This document shows, piece after piece, positions 52,260 to 62,150 of a DNA stretch of 64,000 bases. Made by a program: the position numbers and the translations under genes. The first letter of the stretch is position 1. Each line of letters begins with the position of its first letter. The stretch is from assembly GCA_963840855.1 (NCBI GenBank), contig CAWJBB010000001.1:1-64000 (forward strand), written 5' to 3'. Source of the DNA: an uncultured delta proteobacterium (lineage in GTDB: Bacteria > Desulfobacterota > Binatia > UBA9968). Below the pieces are notes generated by a model. The model saw nothing but the letters and a program-made list of their open reading frames with translations. It had not been told where the DNA came from and made no database searches.

Positions 52260-52441
52260 CGGGAGTGTCGATTCAGCCCTTACCGTCGCTCGAAGGGCTC
52301 AAGAACATGCAAAGACTCCTGGCGATGCAGAACCCCAAACTCGCCGACGTCAACCCGGCTAATCTCATGGACACCACTTTCATACGCAGGCTGGAGGAAA
52401 GTGGTTTTTTTGCCCAGCTGCAGGCGCGTTATCGAGAATAA
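52260..52441 (+). pseudogene. C-terminal remnant of an SsuA-like substrate-binding protein
   Basis: PLPSLEGLKNMQRLL..NPKL..DTTFIRRLEESGFF. Confidence 0.6.
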
Positions 52442-52546
52442 CCGTAAAAATCATCAGAATCTCGCTTCGCGTTAGCAAACATACGACACCCAATATCCGG
52501 AAGATTGATCCGTGGAATGTGACGTGAGGGTTCGAGGGTTAAGATA

Positions 52547-53856
52547 ATGAGCAGGCGTTGGTCATCAGCTTTGGCTGAACACGCGAAGCTTTGGGGTTTA
52601 CTCGGATTGATCATTGTTCTGGGCTTCTGGCCGCCTATCAGTTTGTCGAGCCTCCCCCGCCCGAGGCCATACGGATTGCAACGGGAGCACAAGATGGAGC
52701 CTACTATGCCTTCGCCCAGAAATACGCCCGTTTGCTCACACGCGACGGTATTACTCTCGAGATCGTTTCCACCGCAGGATCCGCCGAAAATCTCGACCTC
52801 CTCAAAACCGGCGCGGTTTCGCTGGCGTTGGTGCAGGGAGGCAGCGCGGCGGATGCGGACACCGACCAGGTGGAATCCCTCGGGAGTTTGTTTCTCGAAC
52901 CGGTTTGGGTTTTTTATCGAGGACCAACGAGGATCAAACGTCTCTCCGACTTGAAAGGAAAACGCGTGGCGGTGGGCGTCGCCGGAAGCGGCACTCATCT
53001 TCTCGCCCTACGGCTCCTTTCGGCCGACGGAATCACGGAGTCAAATGCGACGCTGCTTCGTGAGAATCTGGCTCAGGCCGCCCCCTCGCTTTTAGAAGGT
53101 AAGATCGATGATGCTTTTTACGTTGCTTCGGCCGAGGCACCGCTAGTTCGCAAGCTCCTACAGGATCCTGCCATTAGACTGCTGAGTTTCGAGCGTACGC
53201 CAGCTTATACTCATGTGTTTCCGTTTTTGACTTCCGTAACTCTTACCGAAGGAGTGCTGGACTTGGAGCGCAATACTCCCTCCCACGACACAAGGCTCGT
53301 GGCAGTTGCAGCCAGCTTGGTAGCGCGAAAAGATTTAGATGACAATCTGATCCCAGCTCTCCTGAAGGCGGTTACCGAAGTCCATCAAGAGGGAGGCGTA
53401 TTGGAGCGAAGAGGACAGTTTCCGTCGATAGACCTCGTCGACCTCCCATTGAACGACGACGCCCGGCGCTATGTCACAGACGGCCCTTCGCTTTTGTATC
53501 GATGGTTTCCGTACAGAACCGCGGTGCTCCTGGACCGTTTGAAAATATTGATCCTGCCTTTCTTGGTTTTGATCCCGCTGTTTAAGATCGCCCCGCCGCT
53601 TTACAATTGGCGCATTCGGTCCCGGATTTACCGCTGGTATGCGGCGCTGCGCGAAATCAATGCAGTAATCGAGCAAGAGGGAAGTGCGGGAGAAGCGGAA
53701 GCGGCCTTGAAGCGGCTAAAGGAAATAGACAAAGAGGTCGCTTCGGTGTCGGTTCTCCTTTCTTACACGGGAGAATTGTACAACCTGCGGTTACATATCG
53801 GCTTCATTGAAGAGAAACTTGCAAAGCTGGCAAACCCGCCGGCGCGTGATTGTTGA
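52547..53856 (+). CDS. TAXI family TRAP solute receptor with C-terminal membrane extension, frameshifted near 52630
   Basis: N-terminal TM (LWGLLGLIIVLGF) in a different frame from IATGAQDGAY, TAGSAEN, VQGG, LKGKRVAVG..GSGT; YNWRIRSRIYRWY, ELYNLRLHI. Confidence 0.85.
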
Positions 53857-53959
53857 GAAAAAGTCGTGCAAGTCAACGAGGCGGCCAATAACCGGACCCA
53901 GTGCGGGGCCGTGGACAGCGGGCTTCAGGTCGGGTAATGCTGTGCCAGATGGAGTACAC

Positions 53960-54037
53960 ATGTCGTCGGCAAAACTGAACCCCGATGTTATCGATGCGGA
54001 CGCGCACGTGGTTGAGACCGGGCGAGTGTGGGAGTAG
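53960..54037 (+). pseudogene. Amidohydrolase N-terminal stub
   Basis: GGAG RBS then MSSAKLNPDVIDADAHVVETGRVWE*. Confidence 0.6.
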
Positions 54038-54209
54038 CGTCTCCGCGGTGAGCCACACGGAAGATTGAAGACCCAAAATAAATAAGATCAGAAGAGGAGT
54101 GGTCTTAACCCTGCCCGTCGAAAGCCAGAGCGGGGGAATAGAGTGATTCGGTAAAAAAACGCAAAGCGCATGGGCCAAAGAGCAAAAGGTAAGAAACGGG
54201 GGAAAACTC

Positions 54210-55199
54210 ATGAAGAAAAAAGTCATTGGCTTAGCGCCTGGCGCTTTTCTCTTTGCGCTTAGCGTTTCCGCCCCGGCGCAACAGACAGGGAAAATCTTCC
54301 GCATCGGATTCCTGGATAGTAGCACTGCTGCCGGTAGCGCGGTGCTCGTGGAGGCATTCCGGCAAGAGCTGAGCAAGCTTGGATGGATTGAAGGAAAGAA
54401 TATCGCTTTCGAGTACCGATTTGCCGAGCAAAAGCCTGAACGACTACCTGAGCTTGTGGCGGATATGGTTCGTCTCAAGGTTGATCTTATTGTGAGCACA
54501 TCGACGCCATCAGCGTTAGCGGCCAAGAGCGCCACCACTACCATCCCTATCGTGATGGCAAACGCTGGAGACCCTGTGGGTGCAGGTCTGATTGCCAGTT
54601 TGGCGCGGCCGGGGGGCAATGTCACTGGGCTCTCAGGTTTAAATTTCCAACTGAACACGAAAAGACTAGAGATACTCAAGGACGCAGTCCCCAAGCTCGC
54701 GCTAGTTGGACTTCTGCAGTCGGCGGGAAGGGGCGGACCAGGAAACCTCCAAATGAAAGAGATCAGGCCTGCGGCTCAGGCACTAAAGTTAAAATTGGTG
54801 GAGATCGCGACTCAACCCGATCCCAAAGGTTTAGAGAGTGCCTTTCAAATCGCAAAGCAGAAACAGGTCAAAGCGATTATGACAACCACTAGTCGGCCCT
54901 TTTTCGCTGAAAGAAAGCGGATCGTTGAGTTTGCAGTCAAGTACCGCTTGCCGGCTATTTACTTCCAGAAGGAGTTTGTCGATGACGGCGGTCTCATGTC
55001 CTACGGGGCGGACTTTGATGACTTGTACCGGCGCGCGGCCGTTTACGTGGACAAGATCTTGAAAGGCGCCAAACCGGCTGACCTGCCGGTGCAGCAGGCA
55101 ACGAAGTTTGAATTCGTCATTAACCTCAAGGCGGCTAAGCAGATCGACCTGACCGTTCCGCCGGAAGTGCTTGCACGGGCGGATAAAATCATCAAGTAA
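54210..55199 (+). CDS. ABC transporter substrate-binding protein (ABC_sub_bind family)
   Basis: RIGFL, GWIEGKNIAFEYR, DPVGAGLIASLARPGGNVTG, GGLMSYG, KILKGAKPADLPVQQ, VINLKAAK. Confidence 0.93.
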   Translation: MKKKVIGLAPGAFLFALSVSAPAQQTGKIFRIGFLDSSTAAGSAVLVEAFRQELSKLGWIEGKNIAFEYRFAEQKPERLPELVADMVRLKVDLIVSTSTPSALAAKSATTTIPIVMANAGDPVGAGLIASLARPGGNVTGLSGLNFQLNTKRLEILKDAVPKLALVGLLQSAGRGGPGNLQMKEIRPAAQALKLKLVEIATQPDPKGLESAFQIAKQKQVKAIMTTTSRPFFAERKRIVEFAVKYRLPAIYFQKEFVDDGGLMSYGADFDDLYRRAAVYVDKILKGAKPADLPVQQATKFEFVINLKAAKQIDLTVPPEVLARADKIIK

Positions 55200-55227
55200 A
55201 TCAATTTTTTTGGAAAGGACTAAATCC

Positions 55228-56271
55228 ATGAGCGATCTCACTGCCATCGATGCGGACGGACACGTCATCGAAAAGGAAAGCGACATTCGGAAATACTTGC
55301 AGGAGCCGTGGAATCGGCGTTCGACGGCGCTTCGACCGGGCGACCAGCCCTGGGACAATTACATGTTCGATCACTTTGTAACCGAGCGCACCTGGAGCAA
55401 GCTCTCGGCCCGGGAACAGGTTACCCGCTGGGACGAAATCTTGGACGAGCATCAGATGGAATATGCCGTCTGTTTTCCAACCGGTTCAGGAAGCGTCGTC
55501 CGGTTGCAGGAACTGCCGTTTCAAATCGCGGTGGCGCGCGCCTGCAACGATCAGTTCGCCGGTGAATACAATGCGCTTTCCGACCGCGTGAAGTGCGTCG
55601 GCGTCTTGCCGATGCGCTCGCCGCAGGCCGCCGCCGAAGAGTTGGAGCGCGCCGTGAAGGAACTGGGAATCATCGGCTTTGAGATTCTTCCGGTCGGTTT
55701 GCCGTTGGCGCTTGGCGATAGCTTCTATGATCCGGTTTACGCCGCGGCGGAGAAGTGCGGCGCAGTTCTCGGCATCCATGGCACCCGCAGCTGGTCGCGG
55801 GAGCTCGGCGCTGAGGGTTTGAACACTTTCGCCGAAGTCCACGCCTATGCCTTTACCGCAGGCATTTTGCTCCAGTTTACCAGCATGATCTGCCAGGGCG
55901 TGCCGGTGCGCTTTCCCAGGCTTCGCTTCGCGTTTCTAGAGATCGGTGCCACCTGGTTGCCCTACTACCTGGATCGTCTCGACGAGCACTGGGAAAAACG
56001 CGCCGAGTTCGAGATGCCGCTGCTCAAAGACAAGCCCAGCGAGATGGTAAGAAAATCGGAGGTTTACTTCAGCATCGAATCCGGCGAGTCACAATTGGCG
56101 CAAGCGGTCGAATACGTCGGCGCGGACCATTTTCTTTACGCCTCGGATATCCCGCATTGGGACTGTGAGTTTCCCGGAAACCTCCAGCATCTTCGCAACC
56201 ACGAGGGATTGTCCGCCGACGTTAAAGAAAAGATCCTGTACAAAAACGCCAAGCGACTTTTTAATTTGTAA
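55228..56271 (+). CDS. Amidohydrolase_2 family protein
   Basis: IDADGHVIE, ACND, RFPRLRFAFLE, YASDIPHWD, NAKRLFNL. Confidence 0.9.
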   Translation: MSDLTAIDADGHVIEKESDIRKYLQEPWNRRSTALRPGDQPWDNYMFDHFVTERTWSKLSAREQVTRWDEILDEHQMEYAVCFPTGSGSVVRLQELPFQIAVARACNDQFAGEYNALSDRVKCVGVLPMRSPQAAAEELERAVKELGIIGFEILPVGLPLALGDSFYDPVYAAAEKCGAVLGIHGTRSWSRELGAEGLNTFAEVHAYAFTAGILLQFTSMICQGVPVRFPRLRFAFLEIGATWLPYYLDRLDEHWEKRAEFEMPLLKDKPSEMVRKSEVYFSIESGESQLAQAVEYVGADHFLYASDIPHWDCEFPGNLQHLRNHEGLSADVKEKILYKNAKRLFNL

Positions 56272-56279
56272 ATTCTTGC

Positions 56280-56366
56280 GTCATTACGGGCAAGCTGGCG
56301 ATAGCTAGCTTGACCCGGAATCCAGGAAAATCAAAGGGTTCTGGATTCCGCTTCCGCGGGAATGAC
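56280..56366. repeat. REP-like palindrome (GTCAT..GGAATCCAG / CTGGATTCC..ATGAC)
   Basis: Inverted arms enclosing a short AT-rich loop. Confidence 0.7.
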
Positions 56367-56429
56367 GGACTCGGACTCCAGACTTTGTAAACGAACTTCA
56401 AAGGACATGAGTGCGCTTTAGGAGTCGAC

Positions 56430-57713
56430 ATGGAACAGCAAAATCTCATCCATGAAGACGGCGAGAGAGGTATCTTTCGAGTGCACCGCTCGGCCTTCAC
56501 CTCACTGGAGATCGCGGCAATCGAGCGCGATAACATCTTCGACAGATGCTGGCTGTACCTCGGCCACGAATCCGAAGTTGAAAAGCCCGGGGACTTCCGG
56601 CGGCGGACCGTCGCCGGGCGCCCGCTTTTTTGGGTCCGAGGAAACGACGACAAGGTACGAGCGTTTCACAATACGTGTACGCATTGGGGCGCCAACGTCT
56701 GTCGCGTTGACCAGGGCAACGCAGATACGTTCCAGTGCTTTTACCACGCCTGGACGTTCGACAATAAAGGGGAGCTGATAAGCGTGCCGGATGAAGCGGG
56801 CTATGCTCGAGGATTCAACAAAGCGGAGTTGGGTCTCGTTTCGCCGCCTCGGCTAGAGCAGTATCGCGGGCTTTACTTTGTCAGCTTCAATCCGGATGTC
56901 ACCGACCTCGTCAACTATCTCGGCGGGGCCAAGGAATACTTGGACCTGATCCTCGATCAGTCGGAAGCGGGGTGGCGCGTGATTCCCGGCACGCAGAACT
57001 ACGGCGCCAGAGCTAACTGGAAAATGTTTTCTCTTAACAGCCTGGACAGCTACCATGTGAAACCGTTGCACGCGACTTTCTTTAAATACACCCAGAGCCT
57101 GGGGCCGGGCGACTCGCCGCCGCCGCTGCCGGATTTTCCCGGAGCTGAAGGACGATCTCTTGCGTTGGGCAACGGCCACGGCGTCGATATCTTTGCCGCC
57201 GGCGAGCGGGCGCGGCCGATTGCCAACTGGCATCCCATCCTCGGCGACGAAACCAAAAATGAGATCCGCGATATCCGGGCACGCCTCGTCGAGCGCTTTG
57301 GCGAAGAGCGGGCTTATCTCATGTGCAACACCAATCGCCTTATGCTGATCTATCCTAACTTCGCGCTGCACGACATCGCCGGCATCAGTCTACGCTACTT
57401 CGAACCGGCTGGGCCTGACTCTATGGAGGTAACGGTGCAGACGCTCGCGCCGAGGAATGAATCGGCGGAGTTACTCAGCCGGCGGCTGGAAAATTTTGTC
57501 AGTTTCCTGGGTCCAGGCGGCTTCGCTCATCCCGATGACATCGAAGCCATGGAGTCCGCTCAGACCGGATTTAGAGCGGGCGGCCCGCTTTGGATCGATG
57601 CCTCCAGGGGTATGCACCGGAAAGCAACAGCTATTGACGAATGCCATGTTCGATCATTCTGGCGCCAGTGGCAGACCAACCTTAAACAACCACCAACCGC
57701 CGGCGCACTTTAA
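56430..57713 (+). CDS. Aromatic ring-hydroxylating dioxygenase alpha subunit
   Basis: Rieske CTH..CFYHAW, ANWK..DSYH..LH, DDIEAME. Confidence 0.92.
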   Translation: MEQQNLIHEDGERGIFRVHRSAFTSLEIAAIERDNIFDRCWLYLGHESEVEKPGDFRRRTVAGRPLFWVRGNDDKVRAFHNTCTHWGANVCRVDQGNADTFQCFYHAWTFDNKGELISVPDEAGYARGFNKAELGLVSPPRLEQYRGLYFVSFNPDVTDLVNYLGGAKEYLDLILDQSEAGWRVIPGTQNYGARANWKMFSLNSLDSYHVKPLHATFFKYTQSLGPGDSPPPLPDFPGAEGRSLALGNGHGVDIFAAGERARPIANWHPILGDETKNEIRDIRARLVERFGEERAYLMCNTNRLMLIYPNFALHDIAGISLRYFEPAGPDSMEVTVQTLAPRNESAELLSRRLENFVSFLGPGGFAHPDDIEAMESAQTGFRAGGPLWIDASRGMHRKATAIDECHVRSFWRQWQTNLKQPPTAGAL

Positions 57714-58276
57714 TGATCCTCGTGAAGAGATCGGCCGTTAATGACAAGCCCGATGAGAGCACGAATTTGACGACCTATTCCGACAACGAAATCGCCAGGC
57801 TCATACTGCATCGCGAGGTGGAAGCCTTTATCTTCGAGGAAGCGGCTTTGCTCGACCAGTGGCGTCTGGACGACTGGCTCGCGCTTTTTACCGACGATGC
57901 GCGATACCTCGTACCGGCTACGGACACGCCCGAGGCGGATCCCCGCAAAGCCCTATCGATCATTGACGACGATACGTCGCGACTACGAGGGCGGGTCGAG
58001 CGCTTGCAAAGCCGCCATGCCCATCGCGAGTTTCCCTGGTCCCGCACCCGGCGCTTGGTGACTAACGTGCGGGTCACGGAGGTCGTGGGGACGGATATTC
58101 ATGTCACCGCCTCGTTCCTCGTCTATCGCATCCGCGGCGGTCATGTGGACCCTCTCATCGGCCGATACGAGTACACGTTGCGGCGCATCGGAAAAGCGCT
58201 CAAGATCGCCTACCGAAAGGCCGTGCTGGATCTGGAAGCGCTCCGGCCGCACGGCACGGTGAGTATTATTTTGTAA
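57713..58276 (+). CDS. Aromatic ring-hydroxylating dioxygenase beta subunit
   Basis: EAALLD..WLALFTDDARY, EFPWSRTRRLVTNV; the start codon is uncertain. Confidence 0.9.
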   Translation: MILVKRSAVNDKPDESTNLTTYSDNEIARLILHREVEAFIFEEAALLDQWRLDDWLALFTDDARYLVPATDTPEADPRKALSIIDDDTSRLRGRVERLQSRHAHREFPWSRTRRLVTNVRVTEVVGTDIHVTASFLVYRIRGGHVDPLIGRYEYTLRRIGKALKIAYRKAVLDLEALRPHGTVSIIL

Positions 58277-58427
58277 CGTCGTGGGGTCAGACTTGGGTCA
58301 GACTTCTACCACTTGACTATCTTTGCCGTTCGTAGATTGCCGATAAGATATATCCCTGCGCCGGGCCGCTCAAGGTTAGCGCTCGCAGGCTCACTTCCGA
58401 GTAATTTCCTTGAGCAGCTTGTGCCAT

Positions 58428-58895
58428 TCAGCCATGGTTACGCGAAACGGCTTTTTCGTCTGATTCGCGGATGTCCTGTGGATCTTTCGGCGGCGGTTGC
58501 GCTCCCACCCAACCATGTTCAGTGATATCGATCATGACGGCGTCCGGCCCCTTGTACTTTTCTTCGAAGAAGCCGGTTGTCGCCCCCTCAGGGCGACCGA
58601 AGCGATACTCCGCGCCCGACTCTGCCAGACGACGCCGGGTTTCTTCGGCGTCGTCGATCCAAAATCCGAAGTGATGCAAGCCGAACACGGGTCCTAGCCC
58701 GTCTTGCCGGTCCGCGGCCTCTACCGTTTTGAACCGCAGTACCGCCATGTTGATGGTACCATCGCTCAGATAGATCCCCTTGGCGATCGGTGAATCGGTG
58801 CGCCCGACTTCGACCATGTCAAATACGCGCTTATAAAACTCCGCCGTCTTCTCCGGATCAGGAGTGTGCAGTGCTATATGTCTCAGCTTCGCCAT
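58428..58895 (-). CDS. VOC family protein (paralogue of 2977-3354)
   Basis: LRHIAL, YLSDGTINMA, HHFGF, GPDAVMIDIT..GW. Confidence 0.88.
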   Translation of the reverse strand: MAKLRHIALHTPDPEKTAEFYKRVFDMVEVGRTDSPIAKGIYLSDGTINMAVLRFKTVEAADRQDGLGPVFGLHHFGFWIDDAEETRRRLAESGAEYRFGRPEGATTGFFEEKYKGPDAVMIDITEHGWVGAQPPPKDPQDIRESDEKAVSRNHG

Positions 58896-59369
58896 AGAGC
58901 CCCCTTTCGAGTTGATAAACGTTTCGTTTCAATTGGTGCATGACAGCCGTGTACCGGCATAGTAATTTATTCCAGTTCGCCGTTATGCCTCTGCCATAAG
59001 CATAGGTTAGGTTCACGACGAGCGTCAAGGGATGGAAAATTACTCTAGAGTCGGAAATCACTTAGTAGGGATAGCCGTAGGTCGATCCGCCAATGATCTT
59101 TAAATCGCCCACGCGTGCCTTGTAGCTCTTCGCGTCGTCATTTTTAGTCCTCCCACTGATGCTCTAGAAGTCAACCGGTAGAAGATTAAGCAAACCGCGC
59201 GCGAGGATCAAGCATTCACTTGACTGATGACCTGGGCTTCGAATATTGAATTCATGTTGCCGAAAGATTCCAACGTCAAAACTCCAAGCGAAAAATCCGA
59301 GATCAACGGACAATGCCCGCCCCTCCGCCCACTGCGCGCTATCGGCGGCAAGGAAAGGATAAACTGCAC

Positions 59370-60491
59370 ATGAGGTTTCTACCTAGCGCAGCCGCGAGCT
59401 GCGCATTACTCTTTTATTTCTGGCTGGCTTCCGTCCATGGCGGCCAATCCAAACCGGCATGGGAAACGGAGTGGGAGCAGACCGTCGAGGCCGCCAGGAG
59501 AGAAGGGCAGGTTTCGGTCTACCACACTCGCGGGCCGTTCGATCAGGTTTTCGCCGATTTCAATAAGCGCTATCCCGGCATAAAGCTCGTGTCGGTTACG
59601 GGCCGCGGCGGTGATTTGAGCTCACGGATCATGGTGGAACGGAGAGCTGAAAAGTATTTGGCGGACATATACATGGGCTCGACAGGCACGCCCCTCGACG
59701 TGTTCTACCCGGCGAAAATTCTCGAGCCGTTTCAGGCTCTCATGATCTTGCCGGAGGTTAGGGAGCAGTCAAACTGGTTTCGCAAGCAGCACCACTACGG
59801 CGACCCCGAGGGTAAGTTTATATTTGTTTTTGAAGGCGTGGTGCGCTCGGATATGGCTTACAACAGCAACCTGGTAGACCCAAAAGAGTTTCGTTCTTAT
59901 TGGGATCTGCTCAAGCCCAAGTGGAAAGGTAAGATCGTCGCGATGGACCCCAAGCTTGCCGGCTTTCCCACCGGCCTGCTTCAGTTCGCCTATTACACCC
60001 CGGACTTGGGCACGAGATTTTTGAGACAGCTCTTTGGCGATATGGATATCACGCTGTCGCGCGACGGCCGCCAGATCGTCGACTGGCTCGCCGTGGGAAA
60101 ATTCGCCGTCGGTTTGGCCGCGCCAGCCAACGAGGTTTTTTCGGCAATGAAGCAGGGGCTGCCGCTGGCGCGCTTCGAGCCTCGGACCTTCAAGGAGGGA
60201 ATCTACATGCGCGCCACCCAGGGCTCGCTTAGCGTTCTCTCCCGCAACCCCCATCCCAACGCGACGAAGCTGTTTATCAATTGGCTTCTTTCCATTGAAG
60301 GCCAGACTCGTTATCAGATGCATTACCTCAGAGTCGATCCGGTATTCAGTTTGCGGGAAGATGTACCTCCGGATCCATCGGTCGAGTCATACCGGCCCAA
60401 ACCGGGCGACAAGTTTATCTCCGTCTATCGTCCAGAATTCAGGGATCTCCAAGGGGCGTACAAGGTGATCGATGAAGCGCTAAAGAGATAG
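59370..60491 (+). CDS. Extracellular solute-binding protein (Fe3+/polyamine-like SBP family)
   Basis: Signal peptide; EAARREGQV, SYWDLLKPKWKGKI, PHPNATKLFINWLLS. Confidence 0.88.
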   Translation: MRFLPSAAASCALLFYFWLASVHGGQSKPAWETEWEQTVEAARREGQVSVYHTRGPFDQVFADFNKRYPGIKLVSVTGRGGDLSSRIMVERRAEKYLADIYMGSTGTPLDVFYPAKILEPFQALMILPEVREQSNWFRKQHHYGDPEGKFIFVFEGVVRSDMAYNSNLVDPKEFRSYWDLLKPKWKGKIVAMDPKLAGFPTGLLQFAYYTPDLGTRFLRQLFGDMDITLSRDGRQIVDWLAVGKFAVGLAAPANEVFSAMKQGLPLARFEPRTFKEGIYMRATQGSLSVLSRNPHPNATKLFINWLLSIEGQTRYQMHYLRVDPVFSLREDVPPDPSVESYRPKPGDKFISVYRPEFRDLQGAYKVIDEALKR

Positions 60492-60695
60492 AAGAAGACG
60501 CAATGGCCTGTCGGTCAACCCTGATACTGATCATGATCGTACCCTAAAATCAGGTCGTGAACCGCAAACACACGGTTCTTTCGAGTCGGGCCTTGCAAAT
60601 TAATTCTCGTTCGGTTCTTCGCTCCGAAAACTTCGATTCTTCGCCTGCGTTTCAGAATGACATTAAGGCACAGTCTCTTAGATTAGAGAGGTGCG

Positions 60696-61970
60696 TCATG
60701 TTTGAGAGCGTCGACCAACGGATTGCGGCAACAACGTTGCGCACATCGTCGCGATCGCGCCACCGACGCCGAGTAGCATGTACGCCCAGCCCCAAACCTG
60801 AGGCAATTCGCCGGCGGCATTGGTTGCGTCGAGAATCCACCCGAACGCCAGGGGAGATACGGCGCCGGCTCCGAACCCCAGGATCGAGCGCAGGGCGAGC
60901 AAAGTCCCGAGGTAGCGTGGCTGGATCGCTTCGGTCATGGCCGTGGACAAAACGCCCGAGTCTCCCAGGACGGCAAATCCGTAGACGAAGGCGATCGGGA
61001 GCAGCGTAACGAGCGGCATGTCGATGAGCCAACCGAAGCTGAGCGACAACAGCGCGCCGCTCAGTGCCGTCAAAATGAGTACGTTGCGACGTCCCCAACG
61101 ATCGGACGCTTCTCCCAGCGCCAAGGTCGCGCAGATGCCTGACAAGTGAATCGTCATGGCGATCCATAGTCCCATGGCGGCCGAATCTACGCCGGCATTG
61201 CGAAAGGCGGCCGCGAGAAACGTCGGCGTCCACGCCCACATGCCGAGTAATTCCCATGCGTGCGCCGTGTAACCGACCGTCAGCAAGACGGAACGGCGCG
61301 TCAGCAACGCTCGCACAACGCTGTCGTCCATTTGAGCGCCAGCGGATCGGCTGTGCACAACGTTGGCGGTATCGCGCAAAGCAAGCCAGCCCGCGATGGC
61401 ACCGATGATCGGTCCGGCAGCACCGGCATAAAAACCCCACTCATACGACCATCGACTCGATGCGCTGACCGACAGCAAGATGGAAACAAGATAGCCCAGC
61501 GAGGCTCCCGCCTGGATCGCGCCGATCGCGAAGCCGCGGCGCTCGGGCCGGAACTCATCGGCTACCAGCATGATCGACGGCGTATAGGTCCCGCCTTGCG
61601 TGACGGCGACGATGATGTTGAGTAGCAATGCCGATTCGTAAGAGCGGGCGCCGACGGCGAATCCGACGAAAGCCGCGGCCGAGCTCCAAACCGAAATCAA
61701 AAAAACGATTTTTGCGCCGATTCGGCCAGCCAGCCATGAAGCGATGAGCAGCGAAAACGCGTACGCGATAGTGTACACGGACTGAACGCTTCCCGCTTGC
61801 GCCGCCGTCATCGTCCACGCACTCAGCAAAATGGGCAGACTCCCGGCATACACCATCGTTGCGACTGATGTGCCGAAACGGCTGACACAGAGGAGCAGAA
61901 GCTTGCGCGGCGCTGTCACGGACGCATTGGACACGGCGAAATCACAACCCTTCCCTATCGTTGGAGACAC
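60696..61970 (-). CDS. MFS transporter
   Basis: About 12 hydrophobic segments; GRIGAK, ERRGFAIG, WELLGMWAW, SDRWGRR. Confidence 0.9.
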   Translation of the reverse strand: MSPTIGKGCDFAVSNASVTAPRKLLLLCVSRFGTSVATMVYAGSLPILLSAWTMTAAQAGSVQSVYTIAYAFSLLIASWLAGRIGAKIVFLISVWSSAAAFVGFAVGARSYESALLLNIIVAVTQGGTYTPSIMLVADEFRPERRGFAIGAIQAGASLGYLVSILLSVSASSRWSYEWGFYAGAAGPIIGAIAGWLALRDTANVVHSRSAGAQMDDSVVRALLTRRSVLLTVGYTAHAWELLGMWAWTPTFLAAAFRNAGVDSAAMGLWIAMTIHLSGICATLALGEASDRWGRRNVLILTALSGALLSLSFGWLIDMPLVTLLPIAFVYGFAVLGDSGVLSTAMTEAIQPRYLGTLLALRSILGFGAGAVSPLAFGWILDATNAAGELPQVWGWAYMLLGVGGAIATMCATLLPQSVGRRSQT

Positions 61971-62150
61971 CCAAACCTCGTTCCATCGACACCGCGTCGG
62001 CCCAGCGGCCGAACTTCTGCCTAGAAACTATTAGGATCAATTCCCGACTCATGTGTTTAGTCTACGTTTGACCTAATGAATCTCCTGTTTTCCGATCGTT
62101 GACAACCGTTACGGCTTTCGACTATTTCGAGCACAGCGGAGGATACGCTC

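Noticed and set aside
47244-54200. Integron cassette array downstream of the right attI
   Set aside because: I saw no RYYYAAC...GTTRRRY attC palindromes, and the next genes are long and mostly on the opposite strand.
58283-58304. GGGTCAGACTT tandem duplication resembling RAYT-associated ends
   Set aside because: Only two short units, with no inverted partner or transposase nearby.
59062-59163. Minus-strand 33-codon stretch ending KARVGDLKIIGGSTYGYPY*
   Set aside because: It looks like a protein tail but has no start codon and no family I can assign.
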